From NCBI GenBank assembly GCA_951406725.2, contig OX597825.1, forward strand, positions 63,054,001-63,118,000: DNA of 64,000 bases. Direction: 5' to 3'. The notes under the pieces were generated by a model. That model was not told the origin of the DNA. It was given only the letters and a program-made list of their open reading frames with translations, and searched no databases. The stretch's first letter is position 1. Every line of letters begins with the position of its first letter. Position numbers and translations under genes: made by a program. Positions 38,833-51,575 of this stretch are shown here, piece after piece. Origin of the DNA: Octopus vulgaris (taxonomy: Eukaryota).

Positions 38833-39634
38833 GACTGCTGTGTTTCTATTAAGTTAGATAAAGTTTGATCCTCTCCACTGTCATTTCAAAGCTGTCTGAG
38901 GTTATGGAAGGTTATTATTTCAAATTAAATCCCATTGCGAGAACAGTCATGCTCAAGTCTATGACACGTCTCAATCTAATAATTAATCAACTAACAGAAG
39001 TAGTTGCCTCTATCCCTCTCTCTATTAAAGTTTACTATCTGCACAAACACACACACACACACACATGCACGCACATTTTCATATTAGCTTAGTTTTTTTC
39101 TAACGTCGATAAAAAGCTTAGAATATTTTTTAGGTATAGTTTTTAATCACTTCTGTGTAGCAAGTTTAGAAACTATATAATGAAAAAAGAACAACAGAAA
39201 TATAAACAACAGCTATGAAATTACTTATGTAGTGAAGGATTGAGTAAATTCTCTATTAGCACAATGGAAAATGTCTGGCATTGTTAAGAGCAGGAAATGA
39301 TTGATAATAATATTTACTGATAGTATCCTTACTGCATTATACAAAATATCTTGCAGTATTTATGATGCTTCTCTAAGTTTAGAGTTCAAATTCTTCCAAA
39401 GCCAAATTTACCCTTTATTCTTCCAGTTTTGATAAATTATAGTAGCATCAAGGAACTGGGATCAATTTAAGTGCTTAACCCCTGCTGCTTCTAATGACTT
39501 TTATCTATCATGGGATACAAAGCCAGAAAATTCAGTGCAACCGTTTGTTGATTAAATCAACCGCAGTATTCATCTGCTACTTTCTTAAGGTACTGAATGA
39601 CATGTAAAATGATGACCTGCATGTTAAATATTGA

Positions 39635-40080
39635 CATCATCATCATCATCATCATCATTATCATCATCGTTTACCATCCGTTTTCCATGCTAGCATGGGT
39701 TGGACGGTTCAACTGGGGTCTGGGAAGGCAGGAGGCTGCACCAGGCTCCAGTCTGATCTGGCAGTGTTTCTACAGCTAGATGGCCTTCCTAACGCCAACC
39801 GCTCCGTGAGTGTAGTGGGTGCTTTTTACTTGCCACCGGCACAGGGGCCAGAGGAGGCTGGCAAATGGCCACGATTGGTTGGTGCTTTTATGTGTCACGA
39901 CATGGACGCCAGTCAGGCGGTACTGGCATCTGCCATGTTCGGACGGTGCCTTTTACGTGTCACCGGCATGGGTATCTTAACTACAATTTCCATTTGATTT
40001 TTATTTTGATGTTGGTATTGATGTGTTTGACTCAATAGGTCTTCTCAAGAACAGCAGGTTACTCTATGATTCAAGGTTAT
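39635..40080 (-). mobile_element. RTE 3' UTR
   Basis: Tail homology. Confidence 0.85.
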
Positions 40081-40280
40081 CTCTTGGTAAAATTAATAAT
40101 GAGTATATTAATTAGTGAAGACACATGGCTTAGTGGTTAGGGTGTTGGACTCACGATCATTTCGATTCCTGGGCTGGGCGATGCATTATGATCTTGAATA
40201 AAACACTTCACTTCATGTTGCTCCAGTTCACTCAGCTGTAGAAACACGTACCACTAGTGCACGCACATTGTTGAGTGGTT

Positions 40281-40990
40281 AGAATGCGATGAGTAAATTG
40301 TTGCCATTTTATATTTTTAATTTCCCGCATATGCACTGTTTCTGATTTTGTCGACTACACAGTATAGTAGGGTCAGTTGGGCACCATCTGTGAGAAAACA
40401 GCATCGTAATGCAAGTCAGTCTTCCAGAGATTTGGAAACAACATGCTGTACTGCTTGGCATGCACACCAGAAGCTCCAATACAAACATTTGAAAGTGTTT
40501 GGGTGTCTATCTAAGGACAGTGCAGAAAGGATTCAGAAAGAGTTGGATGAGTCTAATGGTGATTAGGAAGGTGCAGCAGCTCAGAAAACTGTCAACATTC
40601 TGATAAGATAAGAAAATAACTCCATTCATCTTCCCACACGGCCTCAGACTCAACACAGAGACCTACATCAAGTGCCTGGAGGAGGTAGTACTGCCCTGGG
40701 TCAAGAGGGTGGCTGCTGGAAGACCCTATGTCTGGCAACAGGACTCTGCACCATGTCACACAAGCAGGACAACCCAGTCATGACTGTCAGACAATTTTTG
40801 CGACATCACACCTCGCATCTGGCCACCTAACTCCCCAGACTGCAACCCCCTTGATTATTATGTGTGGGGTGCAGTTGAGCAAGAAACCAACAAAACTCCT
40901 TGTAAAGGACTGAAGGCAAGGATTATGAAACGTCAGTGTTGTTTTCATTTTTCTGTAATTTAGACAAAATTTTGTACACAGCATCCTGTA
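40281..40990 (+). mobile_element. Internally deleted Tc1/mariner element, probably maT (DD37D)-like
   Basis: PFIFPHGLRLNTETYIKCLEEVVLPWV..YVWQQDSAPCH..WPPNSPDCNPLDYYVWG; ends in CATCCTGTA. Confidence 0.8.
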
Positions 40991-41051
40991 TGTATTTAGA
41001 TAACCATATATCTCACACACACAAATCTCTCTCTGTCACTATCGTTTTCTC

Positions 41052-41090
<39 letters not shown>

Positions 41091-41119
41091 ATCTATCTAT
41101 CTATCTCCCCACTGGACAC

Positions 41120-41625
41120 TGAACTCTGCTTTCGAAGACCTGTTGAGGCAAGTGAAATCGAAAATCAAATTCGATGAAATTGAAGTCAAATTGGATGACT
41201 GGCATCCATGCTAGTGGAGTGCTAAGCGCACCATCTGAGCATGATCGTTGCCAGAGCAGCTAACTGGCTTCCATGCCGGTGGCACATAAAAGCAACATTC
41301 GAGTGTGATCGCAACCAGCGTCACCTTACTGGCACATGAAAAAACATTCAAGCAAGGTCGTTGCCAGTGTCACTGGACTGGCTCCTGTGCAGGTGACACA
41401 TGAAAAACATCGTTTGAGCATGGCCGTTGCCAGTACTGCCTGACTCGCCCTCATGCCGGTGGCACGTAAAAGCACCCACTACACTCTCAGAGTGGTTGGC
41501 GTTAGGAAGGGCATCCAGATGTAGAAACTCTGCCAGATCAGATTGGAGCCTGGTGCAGCCATCTGGTTCGCCAGTCCTCAGTCAAATCATCAAACCCATG
41601 CTAGCATGGAAAGTGGATGTTAAAC

Positions 41626-41660
<35 letters not shown>
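41120..41660 (+). mobile_element. RTE 3' UTR
   Basis: GAAGACCTGTTGAGGCAAGTGAAATC through to the (GAT)n tail. Confidence 0.85.
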
Positions 41661-41661
<1 letters not shown>

Positions 41662-41769
41662 ATATACACACACACACAAACTTCATTTTGGTTCAATATT
41701 CCTTGAAGACTTCAGTTGAAGGAACAAAAGCACTAATAACAAATTATCCAAAATTTTGACTGCCTACAT

Positions 41770-41812
<43 letters not shown>

Positions 41813-41840
41813 CACATACACACACACATATATATATATA

Positions 41841-42270
41841 TACATGTACAGACACACATATACACACACAAATACACATATATATACTATATATAATGTG
41901 TGTGTATTTACATATGTTATATACACACACATATATATAAACACATTTACGTATTAATATGTACATACATACACACACACATATATATATACATGTACAG
42001 ACACACATATACACACACATACACATATATATACTATATATAATGTGTGTGTATTTACATATGTTATATACACACACACATATATAAACACATTTACGTA
42101 TTAATATGTACATACATACACACACACATATATATATACATGTACAGACACACATATACACATACAAATACACATATATATACTATATATAATGTGTGTG
42201 TATTTACATATGTTATATACACACACACATATATAAACACGTTTACCTATTAATATGTACATATGTACAC
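41841..42270. repeat. Three tandem ~148-bp units built from TA/CA microsatellite
   Basis: Units start with TACATGTACAGAC at 41841, 41990 and 42137. Confidence 0.92.
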
Positions 42271-42812
42271 ACACATACAGACAGACATGTATACATACAT
42301 TCAAGCATAGATACACGCACAGTTGTACATATAAGGATAGATAGGTGTGCATTGTCACAGACTGAAGTATTGTAAAGTGAGGAGAGCAGTGTAGAATGAA
42401 GTGGAAGTAATTCAAATGCAGACCTATATAGCGTTATCTAGAAAATTTGTTTCTGAACAAGAGCAACGTGGTAAGTGATAATGATAATGCATTATCTCTT
42501 TCATGATTCCTTCAGGTATTATTGGTTATAAAAAGGACACATAAGAAAGCGTAGCGTAGCTAATAAGAGAATTCAGCTAATGTCGCCGTTGTCATCGTAG
42601 TCGTCTTTATCATCATCTTCATCATCATCATCACCAAAAGGATGATGATGTCAACAACAACAACAGCAGTACTACAACAAACACCGTAAAAAAAAAAAAA
42701 CTAAATTCAGTGGAGCAAACAACAACACAAGCACCACCAACACTACAACCATTATTATCATCATTTTGATGTCTGCTTTTCCTTTGCTGGTATGGGTTGA
42801 CTTATATATACG

Positions 42813-43198
42813 ACTAGCAGTATCGCCCGGCGTTGCTCAGGTTTGTAAGGGAAATAACTATAAAGCATTTTTAGAGAGTTATAGCCAAAAAATAGCAAAA
42901 AAAATGGAAAAAAAATGATGGTAAATTTTTTTTGAAAGTTAAAAAAGGTGGAGTTGCGTCCCCTAGACGGTCTGTGGTTTGGGTTTCTGATTCTCGACCC
43001 CATGTCGAATTTATCGATTTTTTTCAGAACTGGGGGAACTTTTCAAAATTTTCGCTGCATTAGTTTTGAATTATGACATTGGGCTATGTGTGTGTCAAGT
43101 TTCATCAGAATCGGTTGAAAGCCGTGGTCAGAGTGAGGGTACGAGAAAACAGACACACAGAAAACGCACAGACAAACTACCGTTTATATAGAGAGAGA
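42813..43198 (-). mobile_element. Non-autonomous Helitron
   Basis: Minus-strand 3' end ..GAGCAACGCCGGGCGATACTGCTAG-T, 5' end TCTCTCTCTATATAAACGG; nested in an RTE tail. Confidence 0.8.
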
Positions 43199-43245
43199 TA
43201 ATATTTTATGACTGGATGCCCTACATATTGTACATGTGTATAGCA

Positions 43246-43375
<130 letters not shown>

Positions 43376-43578
43376 TGTTGTGACCACATTTGGTCATGAA
43401 TGACCATGGGATTTCACCTAGAAAGTTACCCTCCGAGGCACAAGTCTGGGCAAGGTTGTTTTTATGGAAGACCAGCAGTTGCCCTCGCATACCAGCCTCC
43501 CCTCTCCATGCCACCGATGTCATCCAAGGGAAAGGCAAAGGCTGATATAGCTTGGCACCAGTGACGTCACAGATCATT
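43376..43578 (-). mobile_element. SINE family C, 3' part
   Basis: Homology to other copies. Confidence 0.85.
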
Positions 43579-43734
43579 TATTAATGTGCAAGTGGCCGAG
43601 CACTCCACAGACACGTGTACCCTTAACGTAGTTCTCAGGGAGATTCAGCGTGATACAGAGTGTGAAAAGGCTTGCTCCTTGAAATGCAAGTACAACAGAA
43701 ACAGGAAGAAAGAGCTAGAGAAAGTTGTGGTGGC

Positions 43735-43782
<48 letters not shown>

Positions 43783-43784
<2 letters not shown>

Positions 43785-44572
43785 TAGATGACATACCCGG
43801 TTATTCCTGGGAAAGTGAGGCTTATCTCTTGGTTCAATTCTCATAACTATTTCGCTAATCCCACAAAACAATACAAAGTATGTAGCCCTTAAAATGGTTT
43901 TTGTGCATTTACAAAGAATACCAAACTGTCTTACACAGGATCTTGTTTTTAGGAATTCCTAATTAGTTATGAATACCGAAACTGTGAAGTCAGTTATGTA
44001 ATAACATGAAATTAGTTCCTCGATAGTAAGAATTCAAATAAAATAGCCCCGAATAGGAAATACTAATAAGGTATGTATACTAAAATCTTGAAGCATGTTA
44101 CGTAATAACAGGCTAATCAGATATGAGATAATATCAATTCAAAGTAAATAACTCTGAAAAGGGCTTTTGAGCATTCCTAGAGAATATTACCCTCAGGGGT
44201 GCTAGTGATGGTATATTTGTGAATAAGTCACTAACCAAACTAAGTGGATCTATTGTTTAGGAAAATACTATTTACTTGTTTAAGGGTTATACTGGATAAA
44301 TTACGTAAATAACTCTAACAGTTCAAATACTAAGAAATAAGCATACTCAATTTCATTTTTACCAAAAAATTTAGGAAAATGAATAGGTTATTTCCCTTGG
44401 CTGTATATAAGAACCATTCAAGGGGCAAATGGGCTAGTTCCCTTGGTTTTTAAAATGAAAAATATTTTATATATATAAGAATCCCTTGTAGGGGCCCTAT
44501 TATTGACTTTTTCGACAATCTGCACATTCCATGAGGTTTCCAGACATGGGTCTGTACCATAGTTTCAGACAC
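43783..44572 (-). mobile_element. Helitron-like element, 3' portion
   Basis: ACTAG followed by hairpin CCCGGTTATTCCTGGG; far boundary uncertain. Confidence 0.6.
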
Positions 44573-45620
44573 CTATACACATGAATGAAAACTCCTTGAA
44601 CTCAGATCAATATTAATCAAAAGACATGACCCAATATCATTAATAAATGATGGCATTAAACAAGCTATGGAAATAGATATACAAACATTTAGAGAAGTCA
44701 ACCGAAATGCTAAACCAGACTTAAAAATACTCCCATACATCAATACATATAACCCTAGAAACAACGAAGCCTTTAACATTATCATCCAAAATTTTCCCAT
44801 CCTCACAGGAGATAAAACAATGAACAAAATTTTAGGCTCATACAAAATTATTAAGAGCAAAATGCAACTCAAATCAATGAAAGAAATATAAACCAGCGCA
44901 TGACTATATCCATTAACAACAGAACCAAAAGTGAAAAAAATGTTGTCGACCCAACTGTGGTACATGCTCCCACCTTTTGGGGTGTTCAGAATTCCACTTT
45001 AAATAAGGTGAAATATTTATGATCAAATCAAATTTCATCTGTGCCTCCGAAAATCTTTTCTATGCCATTGCATGTTTAGGGTGTGGTCATAATTATATCG
45101 GCCAAACAGGAATATCACTCCATCGAAGAACAACTCTCCACAAAGAACAAATCCACCACCCACAATACAGACTAGTGAATACATAGGAAGGTGTCCTAGG
45201 AATTTTAATCCTAATTTCCTAATTTTCCCCTTCTATCAATGTTCACAGAACACCTCAGTAAAACAAAGAATGAATAAAGAGGCAACTTTCATCAATAAAT
45301 ATCTTCCACAACTCAATATGAACACATAACATAATACAGAACACTACTAACCTTTCAATTAATACCACTAACCCCCATACATCCCATACACCATTTGCAT
45401 TACATATCTATATCTACTGTAATTGCACCAAATCCAGAACTACTTACCTCCCTTACACATAATCGTTTTACTCAGGGACTAGTAGACTTGACACCATTCA
45501 TTAATCGGTGTGCATTCAAAGCAATGATTAATAAATTCACGAAACCGGTATGCTTTTGAATCTCTTTAACAATTCACAATAATGACCTTTATTGCTTTTA
45601 TTCCTACGTATTTCTGGACC
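44573..45620 (+). mobile_element. Penelope-like element 3' part (RT thumb, linker, GIY-YIG endonuclease), decayed
   Basis: LPYINTYNPRN..KIIKSK..KKCCRPNCGTC..SENLFYAIACLGCGHNYIGQTG..KEATFINKYLPQLN; stop at 45327-45329. Confidence 0.9.
45514..45561 (+). ncRNA. Degenerate Penelope-type hammerhead ribozyme
   Basis: ATTCAAAGCA-aTGATtA..TTCAC-GAAACCGGTA-TGCTTTTGAAT: stem I and palindromic ACCGGT stem III kept, CUGAUGA and stem II damaged. Confidence 0.6.
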
Positions 45621-45672
45621 TATTAAGGCCTTATGAGTGAACCTGTTAGATAGAAAATGTGTGGAAATCCAT

Positions 45673-45712
<40 letters not shown>

Positions 45713-45715
<3 letters not shown>

Positions 45716-46092
45716 TTGCGTCAGAAATTAATTAGCACTTCTCAAATTTATAAATTAAATAGGTTAAATCAATTAACCTATGAGCTGTTCAAAACGTCTT
45801 ACGCGATGAGAAAACTTAGTATGGTGTGATTTCGGTCCTTGCGAGGCGCTACCTATATCTATTAAACAAAGGAAGATTTGTCTGCATCCACACTTCAAGT
45901 TGTTGTTGCACTGCTATGTCAACATCATAAGGCTGTAGACTCTCAAACTGCTCTGCAAACAAAGTTACGTCATCGTTCTGCGCAACAGTGAACTCGCGAC
46001 AAAGCAATAGTTCGAGATATGGCCACTAGGTGACAGCACATACCTTGAGTGAAGAGCAAAGCAAGGGTGCTAATTAATTTCTGACGATATTG
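45713..46092. mobile_element. Tc1/mariner-type MITE (380 bp)
   Basis: Perfect 20-bp inverted repeat CGTCAGAAATTAATTAGCAC near each end; TA on both flanks. Confidence 0.85.
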
Positions 46093-46180
46093 TATATACA
46101 TATATATTTATTATGCATATATAATACCTCAAAGTCCTGATTTCCAGTTCTCTGAGTTTCCCACTTCCAATCTTCTCCTA

Positions 46181-46588
46181 GTAAGCTGAGCCTTGTTTTC
46201 ATTTGAACATTCACTATCCGAATATTTTTGTGAAATATGAAATAGAAGTTTGAATGCAACACTTATCGTTATATCCTTTCATTTCAACTCTATGGAGTTC
46301 ATGACGTTTTTACAATTATATCACCATGAGAACCAGATAGGAAATCAAAAACACGAGCTTTAAGCAGTCGTTTTTCACATCTTCTTGTAAGCTGTGCCTT
46401 GTTTTCTTCTGACCATTTATTATCTGAATATTTTTGTGAAATCTGAAATAAAAATTTGAATGAAACACTTATCATTATGTTCTTTCATTTCAACTGTATG
46501 GAGTTTATGATATATTTACAATTATATCACCATGAGAACCAGAAAGGAAATCAAAAGCATGAGCTTTAAGTGGCTGTTTTTCACACAT
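46181..46588. repeat. Tandem duplication of a ~206-bp unit
   Basis: Units start with GTAAGCTG at 46181 and 46387. Confidence 0.92.
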
Positions 46589-46956
46589 GTTGTTTGCAAA
46601 GTTTACTAAATAAAAGAACATAAAGCTAAATGTTTCCTTCAAGCTTTCATGTCATATCTCTGAAAACATTCAAACAATAGATATTTAAAGGAAATCCAGA
46701 CTAGATTTGCCAGCTGAAGATCGAAATCAGGCAACTCTGAATACTAGAAATCAAAGCCTTTCAGTTATTATGTAATAAAGAATACTCTAAATTTGTATTG
46801 AGTTCTATCATTTATTGCTTCTGGTGCATCAATAGAGATTTATATCTCTCCCTCTCTCCCTCCCTCCCTCCCTCCCTCCATCCATACATACATATAACAT
46901 GCACACATACATACATTTATATATATACAGTGAAGCTTTACCATAGCATCATTTTA

Positions 46957-49132
46957 CACGGGGCAACAAAAAATAATTGTCTTGTGCTTGGAATATTTCA
47001 ATGAATTCTTAAGTGACTTTGCCTGCTAAATTCAAAAATAACTTCAGTTTTTCTCTATAAGGTCTAGTTTTCTTACTAGACCTGATAGAATAAGCATTTT
47101 ATTCCTACAAGAGGTATATAATATGAATCAATAAAGAGAGCATAACACAAAAACAAAACAAAGTAAAAATGAAAATTCAAAATTCAAAATGGACATTGGC
47201 AAAGATTTTTTGTAGAAAATTCAAGGAATAAATTTACGCTTTGTTGTGCACCATAAATATTGAGCAACAGGAATATCTTGTTTTAAACACCAGTAATAGT
47301 CTGCCATCATCACAGCATCCCAACGTCCTTGGTACCAAGTTTTCATCAACTTGATGTCCTGATGGATTCGTTCGCCTTGTTCATTGCTAAGATCTCCAAG
47401 ATTCTCAGGAAAACGATCAAGATGACTAAAAAGATAATGCCCTTTGATGCTCATATTCACGCCAATATCATGCAAAGTTGATATCAAATTGGTAACAAGG
47501 TCTTTATAGTGTTCACTTCATTTCCCAAGGAAATTTTGCAGGACTTCTGCAAAGGCTAACCAAGCAGATGCTTCATTTTCACTCATTGTTTTCATGAAAT
47601 TTGTGTCCTTCAAGAGCTTACAAATCTGTTCAAAAATCCCTGCTTTCATTTTTTCAATTGTCAAGTTTGGAAATATACTGCAGATATACTTGAAGCATTT
47701 GCCATTTTTGCTGAGAGCTTTGACAAATTGCGTGATCAATCCAAGTTTGATGTGCAAATAGGGGATAATGATTTTATCTCACTCAACTAAAGATTCTGCC
47801 AATATATTGGCAGCTCTACATGGAGCCATATTTGTTTGAGGTGAGCAGTCTTTCTCTATTGTCTCACTTGCAAAGAAAGTATGGGTATTTGGTATAACCA
47901 GATTGCTGTTCCATGAGAAAATTCACCATCTTTAAGTCAAAGCAGATGACCCATTTATGACCATGAGACAGTATCTTCTCTAAAACCAAGTTAAGTTCTT
48001 CAAATTTTTCCTTCACTGCTGTTAAATGGCCGAGTGAGACAGAGCCATATACATTTCTGCTGTGCAGCAATGCACATTTTAAACTATGCTTAGAGCTGTC
48101 TATGAAAAGATGCCATTCTTCTGGTTTTTATATTCCTCAACCCCAAGTTTATTAAGAAGCCCACTGATATCTCTGCATTAAACCAGCTCTTTCTCTTTTG
48201 TGAAGAAAGAAAGGAATTCTTCATGCTGACTCCAATAAAAGTTTATATGGACACCATTCTCTAGAAGATTCTTCTCCTTCAGTCAAGCAGCCAATAGTTT
48301 TGTAGAATTTTAGGGAGATTCAAGTCATAATCATTCAGCTCTACCTGGGAGAAGAGCTGAGGTAAAGTCTCAACTGAAAATTTTTGATCTCTAATGTCAT
48401 ATTCAGATGATGAATCTTCTTTGGCTAAGGGTAAAGTTATCTGAGGCAAGACATTGAAGATAGGAACAGGAAGCTCTTTACTGTGTGGAACCGGTCTAAT
48501 AGCAGAGGCAAGATTAGAATAGACAAGCGTTTGTCAATTTTTCCATTTAATACCCATTCAGATTTAGTTCACAAAAATAACAGTTGTCTACGTTATTATA
48601 GGGCTCCCACCATATCATTGGTATAGCAAACCTCATACTTTTCCTTGTCTCTTTAGTCCATTGCTGCAAATGTTCTGTACATTATTTGCAGACACTATGA
48701 CACTATGCAGTGCCCAATATCTATCTTGGTCTTCCAGCTTGACCCCAAAATATGCCATATACTCTCAACAAAATCAGTGATGCTTTTTCGATTTTCAGGT
48801 AATATTTATTCTCTAGAAACATAACAAAACACATTTGGAGAATTAGTGCAACACTTTCTTGAAGAGGGCATCTTGCTCATTTTCTACTGCTTAGTTCACC
48901 ACATCTAAAAAGTATGGAAAAAAGTTCGCCACATCTAAACAGTATGGAAAAAAGAAAAAAATTAGAATAAGGTACTGGACGTACACACATATATTATGAC
49001 TATAGGAATGTTCAATAACATAAAAACTAGATCTGATAGGTCAAAAAGAAGGTTATATTTGGATATCAGGAGACTGATTTTGTATAGAAATGATGTCTCT
49101 TTCCTAAACACCAAAAACCTTATAGACCAGTG
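46957..49132 (-). mobile_element. Complete Chapaev3-like (CMC) DNA transposon
   Basis: CAC..GTG termini with 3-bp TSD TTA on both sides; encloses a transposase remnant; family name from recall of motifs. Confidence 0.8.
47221..48880 (-). pseudogene. Chapaev3-like transposase, disrupted
   Basis: MSKMPSSRKCCTNSPNVFCY..FAIPMIWWEP..CYFC, DLKMVNFL..QSGYTKYP, LHIKLGL..FVKAL, SHLDRFPENLGDLSNEQGERIHQDI. Confidence 0.85.
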
Positions 49133-49140
49133 TTATCAAC

Positions 49141-49877
49141 TGCTATTTCCAGTAAATATTAGTGCATTGTTGTATCACTATTCTATATTTATATTTTAGC
49201 CTTATGGAGTTTTGTTTTACTGGATAGCAATACTATTGTATCGCACTATTAGATAATTTTTTCTTTGAAATCATTTTCACTGTTCTCGGTTCTGTTAACG
49301 GCTTATGCATTCAATTGAGTATACTGGCACTGGTGTAGCAACATTCAAAATTTTGTCTTGGTGAATCTAGCCGAGGAGAACTAATCAAATTTACGTTAAC
49401 AAACATATTTTGGAGAGTTCAAAACCTAGGTCCTAGAATACCCATATCTGGGTTGTACATTTATCTTATGTTCTTCCCACCGGTAAAATCATATTTCTTA
49501 TGTTTGCTGCATGCAAACATCTTTGCCAGTATACATGCAATGAAGCTTTGCTATGGCGTCATATATTATTGACTGCTATTTTCAGTAAATATTGGTGCAT
49601 TATTTCGTTTTGAGATTTGGTTTGCAAGATTCTTTATGTGAGTTCGTATGTTGAATCATATTCTGTTGTGCCTGGTGAGAGTCATTTTCTTTTTGTGCCT
49701 TATGATGTAACACACTCACCAGTTTCGTTGTCTTGCAACCTTTTCAATAGCCTTGACTCTCAAGACTATTGAAAAGGTTGCAAGACGGAACGAAAATTTT
49801 AAGAAAATAAAAATAAGAAATAAGTGGAAATTTTACCAGTGAGTGTATTGGTGCATTGTTGTCCCACTATTCTATAT
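49141..49877. mobile_element. Repeat remnant with an inverted terminal duplication (possibly a Penelope-like terminus)
   Basis: Hairpin at 49730-49786, inverted arm to ~49846, ~30-bp direct repeats at 49158 and 49847. Confidence 0.45.
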
Positions 49878-49916
49878 ATATATACATATACTCATACATA
49901 TATATATATATATACA

Positions 49917-51043
49917 AATCAAAACAAATCAAAATAGATGAACATCAATGGAATTTGTATCTATGTGGTACCAGCCTCATCTGGCACCTGCGTCAGTGGC
50001 ACATAAAAACACCATCCGAAGACCCGGCAAGACTAGTTAGGCCATAACCCGTGGTCCCTACATGGGACGTAGTCAGTCCACCTGTGCATACCTTCCTTCT
50101 TGTGACACTTGTGAAGACCTGTTGAGGCAAGTGAAAATCAAATCAAAACAAATCAAAATAGATGAACATCAATGGAATTTGTATCTTTGTGGCACACAAG
50201 AAAACCATCCGAACATGGCCGTAGCCAGTACCGCATCGACTGGCCTCCGTGCTGTGGGCATGTAACAAACACCATCCGATCGTGGCCGTTCGCCAGCCTC
50301 ATCTGGCACCTGTGTCGGTGGCACATAAAAACACCATCCGAAGACCCGGCAAGAATAGTCAGGCCATAACCCATGACCCCTACCTGGGACGTAGTCAGTC
50401 CACTTGTGCATACCTTCCTTCTTGTGACACTTGTGAAGACCTGTTGAGGCAAGTGAAAATCAAAATCAAATCAAATCAAAATAGATGAACATCTTGTGAA
50501 GACCTGTTGAGGCAAGTGAAAATCAAAATCAAAATCAAAATCAAATCAAATCAAATCAAAATAGATGAACATCAATGGAATTTGTATCTTTGTGGTACCA
50601 GTGCCGGTGGCATACAAGAAAACCATCCGAACGTGGCCGTAGCCAGTACCGCATCGACTGGCCTCCGTCCTGTGGGCACGTAACAAACACCATCTGATCG
50701 TGGCCGTTCGCCAGCCTCATCTAGCACCTGTGTCGGTGGCACATAAAAACACCATCCGAGCGTGGCCGTCTGCCAGCCTCGTCTGGCACTGTGTCAGTGG
50801 CACATAAAAAAAAAAAAAAAAAAAAACACCATCCGAGCGTGGCCGTTCGCCAGCCTCGTCTGGCACATAAAATCACCCACTACACTCTCAGAGTGGTTGG
50901 CGTTAGGAAGGGCATCCAGCTGTAGAAACACTGCCAGATCTGACTGGCCTGGTGCAGCCTTCGGGCTCCTCAGACCCCAGTTGAACCGTCCAACCCATGC
51001 TAGCATGGAAAGCGGACGTTAAATGATGATGATGATGATGATG
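49917..51043 (+). mobile_element. RTE 3' UTR with internal tandem amplification
   Basis: AAATCAAAATAGATGAACATC block occurs four times before one terminal tail. Confidence 0.88.
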
Positions 51044-51239
51044 ATACTCATATGTATATATATTTATATATATACTCATATGTATATGTATGTATATATA
51101 GAGGGAGAGGTGACAGATAAAATAAACAAAGGTAGGCTTGAGATATATATTTACACCAGCTCTGGATCAAGAGGTTTAATTTCCCATCCATTGGAGCAAT
51201 TCTCTATTATGTATACAGAGGTTATTTTGCTTTCACCTC

Positions 51240-51575
51240 GAAGACCCCCTTCAGTCATGAATGACCATGGGATTGTGCCTAGAAAGTTACCCTCTGAGGC
51301 ACAAGTTCCGGCAAGGTTGTTTATGGAAGACCAGCAGTCGTCCATGCATACCAGCCTCACCTCTCCATGCCCCTGATGTTATCCAAGGGAAGGCAAAGGC
51401 TGATTCAGCATGGCACCAGTGATTTCACAACTCATTTCTACAGCCGAGTAAACTGGAGCAACATGAAATAAAGTGTTTTGCTCAAGAACACAACGCACAT
51501 CCCAGTCCGTGATTCGAACTCACAATCTCACGGTCGTAAGTTCGATACTGTAACTACTGAGCCATGCACCTTCAC
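51240..51575 (-). mobile_element. SINE family C
   Basis: Full-length homology. Confidence 0.9.

Noticed and set aside
46128-46177. EKIGSG read as a protein kinase glycine loop
   Set aside because: It lacks the GxGxxG-V continuation and no other kinase motifs were seen; kept only as a possible exon
46705-46735. Hammerhead-like CTGAAGA-TC-GAAA inside a TTGCC/GGCAA stem
   Set aside because: There is no room for stem II or stem III
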